From the NCBI RefSeq assembly GCF_018350175.1, contig NC_058368.1:125862001-125926000 (forward strand): a stretch of DNA of 64,000 bases. Reading direction: 5' to 3'. This stretch comes from Felis catus (taxonomy: Eukaryota). This document shows, one piece after another, positions 50,711-64,000 of this stretch. Numbering within the stretch: position 1 is the stretch's first letter; each line of letters begins with the position of its first letter. Under the pieces are notes generated by a model, which saw only the letters and a list, made by a program, of their open reading frames with translations, searched no databases and had not been told where the DNA came from. Position numbers and translations under genes: made by a program.

Positions 50711-52846
50711 GCCATTCCATGTTTCAGATTGGGAAACACATGCTCAAGCATAATTATCAAGAGACTCAGGCAAGGACAAGGAAATACGAAGCCCAGATAT
50801 AGAAATTCATTATTTGCCTCTTCTTATGGTTTCTTCTCGGAAGTAACTGTTTATATTGCTAGTGAAAATGCCAATGTGTTCCTGGGCATTTTAATGAGAT
50901 TAACCTTAAAATTCTGGGTTTTATTTATTTATTTTTTTTTCATTACAAAAATTATCATATAAGTAAGATGATACACTCATGGTCATGGAAATTCCTTTTG
51001 AGAGGTACTGATTAAGGAGGAGGCTCGTTTTCTATCAATTATTTTGTTACACTCTTCTTCCATCAAGTAGGACCATAAAGTATGAACCAGAGAAAATATT
51101 TTCTTGATAAAAGATTTTAGCATGGGAGAGGTAGAAGTTGGTTCTGAATTATCAAAGTAATGACCTTGGAAATCAAGTGCTTCTGGCTGTAATAGCTCTG
51201 TTAATAATTCAACAGTTTTCTTTCTGTGGCATTTTAAAGAAGGCCCTTCAGATGGATGGTCATGTTTACAAATGATTCACTGTCTTGGTGTTCTGCAAAT
51301 ATGATTGCCATTTGACTCAAAATAAGATTATATTTATTGTTTGGGTGTAGGCTCTTCTTTAAACTTGTCATCAGACGTTTCAGTATCTGTCTTTCAGCTT
51401 CCTGGTGATTTCCATTTCTATTATTTTTTTTTTCTCAGTCCTACTGAAAAAGAGAAATGTCCAAGGCAAACATGTTGGCTAGAGTTGGTATTGGATTTGG
51501 CCTTGATAGATGGTCTAGGAATTGATTATCCTAGAAACATGTTTGATTCAACACTGCTGGTTGAAATGTAGCACATTTAATCTAGATTGAGATCTGCACC
51601 AAGTTCTGTAGGATTGCTCAGAGTGGTGACATTTGAGTTGAAGCTCCAGTGATTGGAGTATTATACCAATGAGATGAATAGTTTAGTCAAATTTGCAAAC
51701 TCAGGTGTAAAGTGTTTGGCATTTCTGTAATTCCTGAGAACTGCAAACATGCTTAAAACAAAGGAAATAGAAACTCTAGCTATTTCTTAAAGATAATATT
51801 TTTAATTCTCCTTAATTTCCCATCATGTACATTTAAAAGTTCCTAGAGCACTGTAAATTAATACCAACCTATTAGCTCATGAAATCGTGCTGAGGTCAAA
51901 TGAAAAAAAACTGCCATAAACATTAAAGATACAATTAACAATGCTATACTGTGACATTTTCTTAGGAAACCAGGGGATATATTACTATGTTAGAGGAGTT
52001 ACAGCAATGAATGATTAAGAAGGACAGCTATGCATTTTAAGTTCTGGTAAAATTGTTTGCTTCATTTAACTTGGATTAGATTAATTGATTTAAGGTACTT
52101 GGTTGAATTTTTTTAATGTACAAAAATAAACCCTAACAATAAATCATTTAAAAAAAGGTCTCGTCTGAAACAGGAATAAAAGCAACAAAACATTTAAACG
52201 GTTTGGAAAATGGGAATAGCAGAAAGTAGACATTTATGACTAACTGACTTAAAATTTATTTTCTTCTATTGTGAGTTACACATTAAACATTGTTTACAAT
52301 TGTTTGAATTATGTTTAATTATATTAGTCTTTCTCCTGGAATTCAGAGAACACCTGTAGCCTTTGAGTCGGTCTGTCTCTAGGGCAGCACAATCCTCCTA
52401 TTGGAAAAGGGAGGGTGGAACTAATTAGAGCCCTTGCAAAAAGTGGGTAAGCAGGACAAATAAGGATGGATGATAGATATGGGGTGAGATAAGTGGCCAC
52501 CACACTAGTGTTATCCACTAGGATCTGTTAAGTGTTGCTGGCTAGTAAACAGAACAAGAGGAAAAGGACCATTATCTCTAAGATTACTCCACTGCCTAAA
52601 TCATGATAATGCTTTTGTAGACCCATCTGGCTGATCTTCTGAAGCCCTCTCAATAGTGTCTACCTTGAAGAATTTATGAGACAGGACTGTTTTAAATAGA
52701 GCTTTAAATACAGCTTTTGGCTAACTTAGATTCTTTGAGCCTTCGTTTTTCTTATCCATAAAATAATTATCATTTTCCTACTCACTTCCAGGAAAGTTGT
52801 AAAAACCAAAGAATATATATTATAAGGCTTTGAAAATTGTCAGGTA

Positions 52847-53064
52847 GGGGTACCTGGGTGGCTCAGTCAGCTGAGGTTCTGACTTCAGCTAGGGTCATGA
52901 TCTCACAGTTCATAGATTTAAGATGTACATCTAGCTCTGTGCTGTTATTGCAGAGCCCACTTGGGATCCTCTGTCTCCCTCTCTCTCTGCCCCTCCCATG
53001 CACATATGCTCTCTGTCTCTCTCTTTCTCTGTCTCTCTCTCTCTCTAAAAAATAAATAAACATT
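52847..53064 (+). mobile_element. Can-SINE, first unit of tandem pair
   Basis: Head GGGGTACCTGGGTGGCTCAG. The pair is flanked by TSD GAAAATTGTCA(G/A)GTA at 52832 and 53291. Confidence 0.94.
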
Positions 53065-53290
53065 GGGGCACCTGGGTAGCTCAGTTGGTTAAGTGTCTGA
53101 CTTTGGCTCAGGTCATGATCTCACAGTTCATGAGTTCAAGCCCTACCTTGGGCTCTGTGCTGACATTTCAGAGCCTGGAGCCTGCTTCGGATTCTGTGCC
53201 TCCCTCTCGCTCTGCCCTCCCCCAGTCACACTCTGTCTTTCTCTCTCAAAAATAAATAGACATTAATAAATAAAAAAACATTAAAAAAAA
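53065..53290 (+). mobile_element. Can-SINE, second unit inserted in the first unit's tail
   Basis: Head GGGGCACCTGGGTAGCTCAG. AAACATT is repeated before the head and after the tail. Confidence 0.94.
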
Positions 53291-53334
53291 GAAAATTGTC
53301 AAGTAGTATCTAACTGTAAGATGGCAATATCATA

Positions 53335-53560
53335 AAGCATACCTGTTGTCTGCCAGGCATATTTTTAGGTGTTTTACATATATTATTTTATTTAATCCTT
53401 AAAACAAATTGATGAAGTAGATAATAGTATTATCATCTCTTTTACAGGTAATAATTAAAAAACAGAGAGACTAAAGTTTCCCAAGGTCACAGTAAGTGGT
53501 AGAGCCCAGGGTTAATCCTGGACATTCTAGCTTGAGAAGCCATGAATCCCTACATTCCAC
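53335..53560 (-). mobile_element. MIR
   Basis: TGCCAGGCA, TTTAATCCT, TTTTACAG, CCCAAGGTCAC..AGTAAGTGGTAGAGCC. Confidence 0.75.
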
Positions 53561-53800
53561 TGCCCCTTTTCCCTGATATATACCCCATGATGATGATGAC
53601 AATGACAGCAAGGATGAAAACAGTGAAGCTGACTTTTGATGATAATTATCTAATTTAGAAAATGGTCTTTTGGGCCAAAATATATCTGAATATTTGATAA
53701 GCTGACCACAGGTGCTGCTCTCTTATAAATTCTTAATCTTTGTAGTGAAAAGAGCTAACCTGGGAAGATACCCTCAAATATATTCCATCCTCCTGTTTTA

Positions 53801-53870
53801 TTTATTTAGTTTTATTTATTTATTTTGAGAGGCAGTGAGCATGGGAGGGGCAAAGAGAGAGGGAGGGAGG

Positions 53871-53916
<46 letters not shown>

Positions 53917-54034
53917 CCCAAGCAGGTTCCCAGCCCAGACCCTGATGCATGGCTCAAACTCATGAACTGTGAGATCATGACCTGATTCAAAATAAAGAGT
54001 TGGATGCTTAACCAACTGAGCCCCCAGGTGCCCC
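53801..54034 (-). mobile_element. Can-SINE
   Basis: T-rich tail, (GA)n, head ending CCCCAGGTGCCCC. Confidence 0.93.
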
Positions 54035-55361
54035 TCCCCCACCATCTCCTATTTTATAATTCCAATTTACACTGTATGCATTATGGAGTAAAACATTTAG
54101 AAGGACCTTACAGGTCAAGAAGTTTTCAAATTTCAGCAAATGGATGCACTGCAAACTGGTCCTACTTCACTGCCCATTGCCTTGGGTCTTTGGAAAAGGG
54201 ATGGGTCAACCTTTTCTAGTGCTCCAAATTTCACTGTCACATACCTATTCCTTTTTGTCCCCTGGAAAAAAATTTAATATTCTTGTAAGAGGTCTAGTTT
54301 AAAAAGTTTTAAACTTTTAATAAGTTAGTACAAGTGGAATATATCTGTCAGAAGTTTTTGCAAATCACAGTAAAGCAGTGAACTGTCCTCTGTTATAAAA
54401 TATGCATAAGTCTTAAATGGAGAACAAAGTGTAGAAGTCTGGTACTAAATCATTGTCCAAAGAGAGTAAGCCATGTGTAGATAGGAGGCAACCCAAGGGC
54501 ATGGGAAGTCAGGTCAAGGATAAAGTGTTACCTAGAAGTATGGGAGATTATGAAGGAAGGTGTGTGGAATAGATATCATCAAAGCAGGCTTCACAATTTG
54601 GGAGCTTCACAAAAATTAGTATCTTTTAATATTCATGGATAAAGACAGGCTATATTTGGATGCTTGTACTAGCAAAATGGATAACACATGAGAGATATCA
54701 TCAAAAGAAGTGAGAGTCATTTGCCTTTTCGCTGTGCCATTGGAGAAAGAGAATGTTGTATTTCAGGATGCATTTCTTTATTAAGCTCTTTTATTTGTAA
54801 AAACAGAGATCAGCTCAAGTTCCTTAAAAAAAAAGAGTGTTATTTTAAGAATACACCAGATCTAGAACTTGAATTGGAAAGGGTTGGAAACTACAGCCAT
54901 TCTAGTATTGCTAACTCTCCCCAACAGCACCTATGTTTCTCTTGTCTGTCTGCCTTGTCACTGCTTCCTCAGGCCACAGTGACTGGTGGCTCTACTCTCT
55001 ACAGGCCCTTCCAGCTTTAGCTTCTCTGCTAACTACCTCATTCTTAAAGCACTTCCTTAGGTATATTATAAAGACAAGGAAGCTGATGGACCATGTTTCC
55101 ATACCAATTTTCTTTGTAAGTTGTTGGCCAATTTATGGATTAAATGTTCTTAGGTTGGGTAGATGGGAAAAGAAAAGTGCAAAATACATATTTCTAAGGG
55201 CTTTCTCCTCCAGGGAATGAGAATAGTTCATGACCTCTCCTAGAAAAAAGTGGCTAAATTTGCCAAGTAATGTTTCCTGACATCAAACTTTGTGTTTAAA
55301 TTATAGATAAAATATATACCTATATAACTAAATCTAGAAGTATAACCTCAAAACTTTAAAT

Positions 55362-55563
55362 CTGTTTTAATGTTTACTTTTGAGACAGAGGGAGACAGAG
55401 CAGAAGCGGGGCAGAGAGAGAAAGGGTGACAATGAATTTTAAGCAGGCTCCAGGCTCTGAGCTGTCAGTCCAGAGCCCCATGTGGGGCTCAAACTCACAG
55501 TCCAAGAGATCCTGACCTGAGCTGAAGTTGAATGCTTAACCAGCTGAGCCACCTAGGTACCCC
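55362..55563 (-). mobile_element. Can-SINE
   Basis: TSD TAACCTCAAAAC(T/A)TTAAAT at 55343 and 55564. Confidence 0.94.
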
Positions 55564-55748
55564 TAACCTCAAAACATTAAATGAAAGTATTTAAATATAC
55601 AATTAGGGGCTGAAACTGCAAGAGGAAAAATAATTAAAGACACAGATCTCACATTTCAAGTGAGTGATTGATTGTTTTTGTAGATGGAAACAAACAACCA
55701 AAACCCAAAACACTAGATTACCTCCTCCAGCATCTTGGAATTAGCTGG

Positions 55749-56108
55749 TGTTATGGACTCAATTGTGTCCCTCCAAAATTCTTATGTTGAAGACCTAACC
55801 CCCAATGTGACTATATTTAGAGGGAGAGAATTTAAGGTGGTAATTAAGGTTAAATGAGGTCATAAGGCTGAGGCCCTATCCCCTAGGACTGGTGTTTTTA
55901 ATTAGAAGAGGAAGAGCCACCATGAGTACACATGCAAAGAAAAAAGGACATGTGAGGGTTAAGAAGGTGGTCATCTGCAAGCCAAGGAGAGAGCCCTCAT
56001 GAGAAACCAACCCCTTTGGCACCTTGATCCTGGAATTCCAGACTCCTGAAGAGAAAATAAATTTCTGTTGTTGAAGTCACGCAGTCAGTGATATTGTTCA
56101 GACTAAGT
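55749..56108 (+). mobile_element. MaLR solo LTR (MLT1B-like)
   Basis: TGTTATGGACTCAATTGTGTCCC start, GGTTAAATGAGGTCATAAGG, GAGAAAATAAATTTCTGTTG. Confidence 0.85.
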
Positions 56109-56689
56109 TGACTTCTTGTGGGTCTGATGTTTTTTATATCTTGCCTGATGGAACTATAGACTTACCAGATAAGACAGGTCCTGTAACATGTACACAGTTA
56201 AGTGATCTTGTGGGGCTACTTCTTCTTAGCATTTCATATTCGGCTTATTACAGAAGATGGCATTAATATGCAGAAACTTGACTACCAAGTATACCTATCA
56301 TTAGGTATACTATAGGTAATAGCTATACAGTCTTTGCTTATTAACCAGTCTCTGTTTCTCCCTGGACCAATAGAAAAAAATTCCACACTAAAACAAACAA
56401 TGAACTTGGTTTCCCTTCACATGCAGAAAAAGAAGCGATGTTATTTCTTTGTTTTTGAAGATAGATTACTGCTAACATATTCTCAGAACAAACTGCTTAA
56501 ATCAAATACCTAAGTCTTCTTACTAAGTGTTCCTATACTCACACTTCCAGTTTCCCTCAACCTGGGATAAGAGAAATTCATACTAATGGTCATATTTCAT
56601 AGTCTGGCTTAGTTCCTTCCAGGTATTTTCTGGAAGCCCAGTTTTACTTACCTCAAAATTCCCTTCATCAATTATTTGCTAATATTTTA

Positions 56690-56958
56690 AAGTGTGATAT
56701 TAAATGTTAATATTTTAAAATTTTAAAAAAGAACCCTTGTTTTTTGAGATACATATTGAAATATTTATAGATGAAATTATAAGGTATTTGAGATTTGCTT
56801 TGAAACCCAGCATGGGTTGAAGGATGGGAGCTATGGATATAACAAGTTTGGTTATGAGTAGAGGAATTTTGAAGCTTCATGATTGGCATAAGAAAGCTCA
56901 TTGTATATTTTTTTCAGATCTTTTATAAATTTGAAAATTTTCATAACAAGTTAAATAA
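56690..56958 (+). mobile_element. Ancient L1 (L1MC4/5-like) 3' end
   Basis: GAGATACATATTGAAATATTTATAGATGAAAT..GAGATTTGCTTT..TTTGAAAATTTTCATAA. Confidence 0.65.
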
Positions 56959-57499
56959 TTTTCTTCTTTCCAGAGCAAGAGATCTCAGGAGTGTAGTAAG
57001 TTTGTTCAGAAAGGTTATTGCTAACTCATCAAGGCCATCATTGTACTTTGTATTTCCAAGTTTTGACCTAATCAGTCTTTGTCCCCATATTACTTGTTTC
57101 TGTCAGACTAAGGCAAGGATCTTCAGTTTTTCTCCAGCAGTCACTTGATTGTGGTTATGATCTATTATCAATGACAGGTCACAACATCTTCCCATCTACC
57201 CTTAGGTTCACTTGCTAATTCTCCTAACCATCCCTATTTACTGTCTTTCCTTCTCCACCTCCAGTAAGTATTGGAGAAAGCTTGTGGTCCTTGATTTCTC
57301 CATAACTACAGTGTACATCTACTCCCTCTGGCATTCTCTCCTGGAGATCAAGGGTTGTTGACCTTTGTTCCGCAACTCCTGAAAGAGAAATTCTTCTCTT
57401 TCATTCAGTGCATGAATCCTAATTCAAACAAAGCTCCTATTGGCCTCATGTCAAGCAGCCATCATAATTCATTTAGAGTTACCTGCGTTCTTAGTGTCT

Positions 57500-57501
<2 letters not shown>

Positions 57502-57540
<39 letters not shown>

Positions 57541-57561
57541 GAGAGAGAGAGGGAGAGAGAG
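57502..57561. repeat. (CA)n followed by (GA)n
   Basis: Read directly from the sequence. Confidence 0.97.
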
Positions 57562-57590
57562 TAAGAGAGTGAATGTAATAGAATGCTTCT

Positions 57591-57808
57591 TTAATTTTTT
57601 TTAATGTTTATCATTTTTGAGAGTGAGAGAGAGAGACAGAGAGCAAGCAGGGAAGGGGCAGAGAGAGAGGGATACAAAGAATCAGAAGCAGTCTCCAGGC
57701 TCTGAACTGTCAGCACAGAGCCCAATGCGGGGCTCGAACTCACAGACTGCGAGATCATGACCTGAGGTTAAGTCGACCACTTAACCGACTGAGCCACACA
57801 GGCACCCC
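57591..57808 (-). mobile_element. Can-SINE
   Basis: TSD TAGAA(T/C)GCTTCT at 57579 and 57809. Confidence 0.95.
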
Positions 57809-59137
57809 TAGAACGCTTCTAACACCTTACTGACTATGATTCTTGGTCAATCGAATTATACGTGATCCAAGGACTTGGTGGTGTACATGGACACACTGAC
57901 ATTCTGAGTAACTACTGATCACACCTTCACAAAAATAGACTTCTACCCATGTTAGTTCTGGATTACTTTTGGAGTGGTTCTGATATCAGTCTTGTAAACA
58001 CAGCCCAAATGGCTTGGGGTACTGGAATTTAAGAATGACTGTCTTTTTTTTCTATAAGAACATGGTGTTCTTTGGTGACACAGGAAGCTCTGGGGATGGG
58101 AGCCGGCAGCTTCCCCTGAGAAACCATATGTTCTACATCAACATGGAGGCTGGTATGACAAGAGTAGGTGGAGCACATTGTCATCCCAAGCTGGCACTCA
58201 TAATCCCAAGAACAGGCTGTGGCCTTAATGACAGATAGAATTATGCTGTCAAACTTCCCTTTTTTGAACTTATTCCTGTGTCCTTTGAAAATGTCTACCT
58301 TGGTAAGGTTTGTTCGAGAGATAGATAATTTCTTGCTACACATAGATTCTAGAAATTCAAAGTTTCACTATGTGCATTAAAACAGATTAAAATTACTGAA
58401 TATCCTTCCCAGGAGAAACAGTCTGATTCTGACTCATTTCTAGTTATTTTTCTTTGACTATTCATCCCTGAGAATGGGGACCATTTAAGACCATTAATGA
58501 CTAATGGAACTTTAATCATCCTGTGCTACACAGATTATCTGGTGATAAAGTAGCTTCTTAGGAGGTGGTGTTAAGAAGTGGGAGAAGCATGGTAAAGAAT
58601 ATTTTCCTATGAAAGAGCAATATTTCTTTTAAAGATAAATGCAGTTGGAAAAAGATTTCTGGAAAAATATGGCCTGGCTTTATATGATAAACTCCCTGAT
58701 AGATGGTTTCCTTCCTGAAAGTAAAGATCTCTGGTAAGGCTAGCCCACGCCTTCCCATGGTAATCTTAGTTGGTGCTTCAGAACATTTATAGGCAGATAG
58801 TTCTTCCTCATAACTAACCTCCCTTTCTTCCTTATTTCCTCTTTTTCAGGCCTGGAGGAAATGGAACTCTCTAGTTACTCTGCTTCGTTCAAGTCAATGA
58901 AGACAGTCCTTTTGCATCCAAGTTAAATAACTATAGTTCCTTAAATATTTACCTAAAGGACTTGTCTTCTAATACTTATGTTGTTTTTACTTGTTTTTTC
59001 TTGGACACCCTTAATCAGTTTTCACATGTACTTTTAACTTGTAAATTGTAAGACCCCAGGGAGTCAAAACACATAGTGCTCTGGGTCCTGAATAATGACT
59101 ACATGAGTGAATAATTTCTCCTTCCTGTTTTATTATT

Positions 59138-59354
59138 ATTATTATTATTTTCAACATTTATTTATTTTTGGGACAGAGAGAGACAGAGCATGAACGGGGG
59201 AGGGGCAGAGAGAGAGGGAGACACAGAATCGGAAACAGGCTCCAGGCTCTGAGCCATCAGCCCAGAGCCCGACGCGGGGCTCGAACTCAGGGACCGCGAG
59301 ATCGTGACCTGGCTGAAGTCGGACGCTTAACCGACTGCGCCACCCAGGCGCCCC
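59138..59354 (-). mobile_element. Can-SINE (SINEC_Fc-type), very young-looking
   Basis: Many CpGs retained. Ends GCGCCACCCAGGCGCCCC. TSD C(C/T)TGTTTTATTATT. Confidence 0.97.
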
Positions 59355-61500
59355 CTTGTTTTATTATTTTTAAGTAACACATTGAAAATCATAGTTATCA
59401 TATGGTACATCATAATGCCTGATTTTCTGCTACAACTTTGAAAAACTGGTAACAAGAGTCCCATAAACTTTATGATATGCTTGCATATTTATTCTTTAAA
59501 ATCTGAGTTGCCTCCTATTTTAGTTTGTAATTCAAATGATGATCATTTTCTTTTTAAGAATACAATCTATTTTTTCTGCCTTTTTGCTAAAAATTGATTT
59601 CATGCTCATAAACATTTGTATTAAAGCTGGAAATAGAATTTAGGAATTATATCATATATCACCCTGTCCCTTAAAAATCAGTTCAGACTGTGAACCCTGT
59701 TTGCTACACCAATATGGGGTGTTAGATGTAATACCTAAAATTCTCCACTTTACAGAAAAAATGAGCCATTAAGTTTTTAATTGTGATATTGTGTTGTTTT
59801 AGGAAAAAAGATTTGCTGGAGGAATATTCAAGTGATGGTATAATCAAAGAAATATATCCCAAGCCAAACCTAAGTTCATATAGTTGTATATTCTATATTT
59901 TTTTATAATGTACCCACAATAGTACTGTCAAGCATCACCCCAAATTCTTGTCCCATAGACTTCTTCTAATTTGTTTTAAAAATTCCTCACTATTAGCCTT
60001 TTTATTTGTGTTCATTTCTTTTGTTTGGTACTCAAATGTTTTTATTTTGTCCAAGATAGTCTTTATTAAAAATTGCTCCTGGAAACTAAAGGTTCCTTTT
60101 GGCTTTACATTAACTTTTAATTAGTATTTCTCATTTTCCTTTTGATCTTTTCTCTGCAACTTGTTTTGAATGAGAGATCAGAGTAGGGAGAAAATGAGCT
60201 TTTTATGTTTTTTTTTTTTTAAGACAAGATGTTAGCTCCGACACTTGTTCACAGCATTCACTAAGAGCTGTGAAGTTGCCTCAGTCTTTCATTCCAGGAA
60301 GACAAATAGGAACCAGAGGTGTGATTATGTATGTACCAGAATTCTCTGTTACTGAGCCTTGGGAAATATCAGTGAATTGAGAATTGTGAACTAGTAATAC
60401 GTGTTTATATGGAATTTATCTTTCTGATACCACAGTCTAGTGTCCTGAGTACCTTTTTACAGACCCATTTAGTGTCCTGGGACCAACAGTATGGGAAGTC
60501 AGCTACAGAAATGCTGACTACAGAAATTCACCACGTGCAGCAACTTAGAGTACACATTAGTATGGTACTCTACTCATCATAAGCCCATTCACATGGATTA
60601 TATCTTCTGATCTTCATAACATTCCTCTGAGGCAGGTAGGGGATCCCCAGTTGAAGAGATCAGAAAGGAAAGGGACTTTTCCAAGTTCACTGAGTAGTAA
60701 ATAGCTGAACAGTGATTCAGACACTGGCCAGCATCCTTCCTATCAGAATTGAACCTCTTAAAATAGGCTTGTTAGCTTACAGCTTGTTATTCTTGGATAG
60801 AATTCTCTTAAGAATTGTCTGAGACATTATTCATTAATTCTAATAATAACATGAGATTGGGGACAAGTAGTGATGCCTCCTTTATATATTAGATCACCAA
60901 GAGGGCAAAATGACTTGTCCAAAGGCCAAGGAAAGGTCTAGAAATATATATCAGAATAGGTTCACTTTAGTGGAGTACACTGTTCATGTGGGGCTGAACT
61001 CCAGTAAGGAAACTGGTTTATGAAAGTCCCATCAAGTTCAAGGGTCTTCATTATTAGATATTTACATGTCATCTGAGCCCAAGAAATACATGGAATAAAC
61101 TTGGGTTGGTTTTTTGCATTGATATCAAAATTAATTGATGTTTATAACCTGAATATATGGAAGTGGACTCTGTGTCAATCCCAGTATACCCCTTTGAAGT
61201 ATAGAGTCATTGAATAACAACTAACAAAGAGTTCAGAGCTGTCCACAAGAGGCTAGGCAGTGAACCAGCCGAACTCTGTAGTTGTTAATATCTTCAAGTA
61301 TATTGCTGAGAAGACAATTCCTAATATTACATAGTTTCCTCGGTCGTCAGGGACAACACTGCCCTGGATGTCCCCAAATGTTGGCTAAAACCATTGGTAC
61401 TAAGCAATCTCTGTTAACTTGGATGTTAATTGTGATGTGATTTGTGAAAATCCAGATTATACAGTAAATATCTTTGTATTTTTTAAAATGAGTAAATATT

Positions 61501-61721
61501 GGGGTGCCTGGGTGGCTCAGTCGGTTGAGCGTCTGACTTCGGCTCAGGTCATGATCTCACGGATCGTGAGTTCAAGCCCCACGTCGGGCTCTGTGCTGAC
61601 AGCTCAGAGCCTGGAGCCTGCTTCAGATTCTGTGTCTCTCTCTCTCTCTCTCTACCCCTCCCCCACTCATGTTCTGTCTCTCTTTCAAAAATAAATAAAC
61701 ATTTAAAAAAATAAAAAAAAT
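61501..61721 (+). mobile_element. Can-SINE (SINEC_Fc-type)
   Basis: TSD AAAATGA(G/A)TAAATATT at 61485 and 61722. Confidence 0.97.
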
Positions 61722-64000
61722 AAAATGAATAAATATTTTGGAATTTAATAACTTTTAAATGGTTTTTAGTAGAATTTTGGCCCATTAGAGCAATAGCCTT
61801 GTAAATTTAAATTAAAATCCATAAATGAGCTACTAAGACTTGTGATCTTAAGAGGAAGTCTTTCTCTTTAAGTAGGTTAGATTTGTAAGAATAATTTAAT
61901 ATTAAAGAGGATTTTGTTTATTTCAGAGAAGAGAACACTTGAAAAGGAAATGAAATATAAAATGCAGTTTTAATTTTTGAGCTAAGTTTTTAAGTGGGAA
62001 TCCTTTCAAAGTGACTTTTGAAAATTTGCTAAACACAGAATAATAGTATTTGGCTAAACTTAAAAGCGGAAGAAATAACTAGTTTTTTTCATCTAAAACT
62101 TTAATAAGTTAAATATTTATATCTTAAACAAAAGTAAACCTCTGAATGTTCTTTTCTCAGCAAAAAAAAAAAAAATCACTCTCAAGGGTACCATAAAAAT
62201 TTCATTAACACAGCATTGTACTATATGAAATCTATTTATTTTAGTGTTCTTTCCTTAATTTTTCTCCAAATATTTCCATTTTCTTTACCCTAGCTCCCTA
62301 AGAAAATTCTGGAGAAGACTCTGGTGTCCTCTAAGTATGGAGTTTTCACCATATGGAAAAGAAATAGTAAAATCCATCACCAAAATGATGGATTCCTTGA
62401 AAACATCCTTGCGAGTCAAGGTAATCTGATTCAGTGCAAATTGCACCAAGGGATGAGTAAAGAATGAGTGACTTACCCAGCTCACTGAACCAAACCACTA
62501 GAGGCCATTCTGTTTCATACATTCCACACAGACGTACACATATTTCTCAAAGGGGTGGCCACCCAAACTGAGGTTTCAGAATTTCATATAATTTCACTTT
62601 TGCTTATATATCCAGAATTTTGTTGGTAAAAACAAAACCATATGAGTGACCAATAATCATGAACGAAAGATGTTTCTGCAGATTTTTTTTTTTTTAATTT
62701 TCGAAGTCCTGGTTCCATTTTAATTCTGCGAACAAAACAAAACAAAACACCGACTTCATGGAAGGGTGACATGTTTTATACCCTTTTGGCAATAATTTCA
62801 CTTTCTATCTGGGGAAATTTTCAAGCAGTGAACTTGTATTGAGTATCAGTTATATGAATAAGGAATTTGAAAAGAGCTTTTCCTTTCTGGAACAGAAAAG
62901 GGGATCTCTATCAAACTTCTGTGTGTGTATGTGTGTGTGTGTGATGTGGGTACACATGTATGCATATGTGTGTGCAAATATGTTGTTTTGAGGGATGAAG
63001 GAGATCAGCCTTATGATCTTTCATATTGAAGGTAAGCTTTACTAGGCTGTGTCCTCTCCCCTTAATTATCCTGTAGTCTTCAAGGAGGTTTCTTGAGATA
63101 AAAATAGGTGCTCATGCTCAACTTTCCTCTTGACACATGAAACTAAACATTTGTTTTAAAAATCCTAGCCCCTCCATGATTGTACTCAACTGCAAGAAGT
63201 AGAAGAACATCAGAAATGTGGCCTCTTCCACATCTCCTGCACAGGTATTGGATTGGCCAGACCAAAAGTGGAGATCGTGACTCCTGGTATACTATGCTAT
63301 TTTTCCCGGTGGGCATTGTCTTACGTGTTTTTCACAATTAGAGATGGCAACCTCTCCCTCTGAAGGGTGGTACCCTCTTCAGGTGCTACCTATACAGTCC
63401 ACATGGTGTTTTCTGCTTATTTTTCCTTCCAAATGCAGAAGCAAAAGAAGAGGGGTAAATAACAATGGAACATATGAAATTAAGGACAATACCTTTTTAG
63501 TAGAACCTTTTTAGGTTCTCTGAACTGAGTGTGAATTATACTATTTCTGCCACCTAAATCCCTGGGAAACCTGCAAAATGAAGAGATAGAACATGCTGAC
63601 AATGGAGGCCAAGGTTTTCACCACAGAAGGGTCTCATGTGTCAGGGCTTACCCTGTTTACTGTAACCATTCTCTTGTCCTCTGATTTCCTTCCTAGTTTT
63701 GTCTTCCATACTCTGCCTACCTTATGATCATAAAGCTGCTAGTTACTGCACAAGTAAGGGAGGTGCTGAGGTTAATGATGATAAAGAAAGATGTGGTTAT
63801 ACTTGTAACTGAAGGAATGAAATATGTATACGCACTTCATTTTTACACCAGCATGATACAAGTACATCCCTGTATTTTATGTCTTACTGCATGACAAATA
63901 TAAGTTTGAATGTATTTCTCCTTCTTTCATTTCTACAAGACATTTGTCTCACTCCTTGGCGTTGATGGATCTTTTGGGAGGAAATGTTCTTTCTTCCTAG

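Noticed and set aside
50540..50962. 140-aa ORF
   Set aside because: It begins in antisense old L1 and has no domain or splice support.
58820..58930. Strong acceptor-like site TTTTTCAG|GCC at about 58849
   Set aside because: No convincing downstream donor, and the longest frame soon ends in a stop. Such motifs are common in introns.

Overview
AT-rich mammalian non-coding DNA (intronic or intergenic) from a carnivore, most likely a felid, judged from about 22 tRNA-derived Can-SINEs of the SINEC_Fc type. No host protein-coding gene, RNA gene or CRISPR array can be supported. Nearly all ORF-track entries are SINE, microsatellite or L1-antisense artefacts. The only real coding sequence is a young, 5'-truncated LINE-1 on the minus strand (20176-25168). 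It has a perfect 16-bp target-site duplication, an open ORF1 whose ATG is created by the insertion junction, an ORF2 broken by a single net 1-nt frameshift, and a 26-nt 3' transduction between two A-tails. An older L1 (7273-9014) shows a twin-priming inversion. The rest is old mammalian repeats (MLT1, MER68/MER77-like LTRs, L2, MIR, hAT fossils), microsatellites, several small clusters of nested hairpins and repeats that look like template-switch scars, and a few weak candidate splice sites. I found no convincing previously undescribed biological system. Subfamily names come from recalled consensus similarity, not from a database search.
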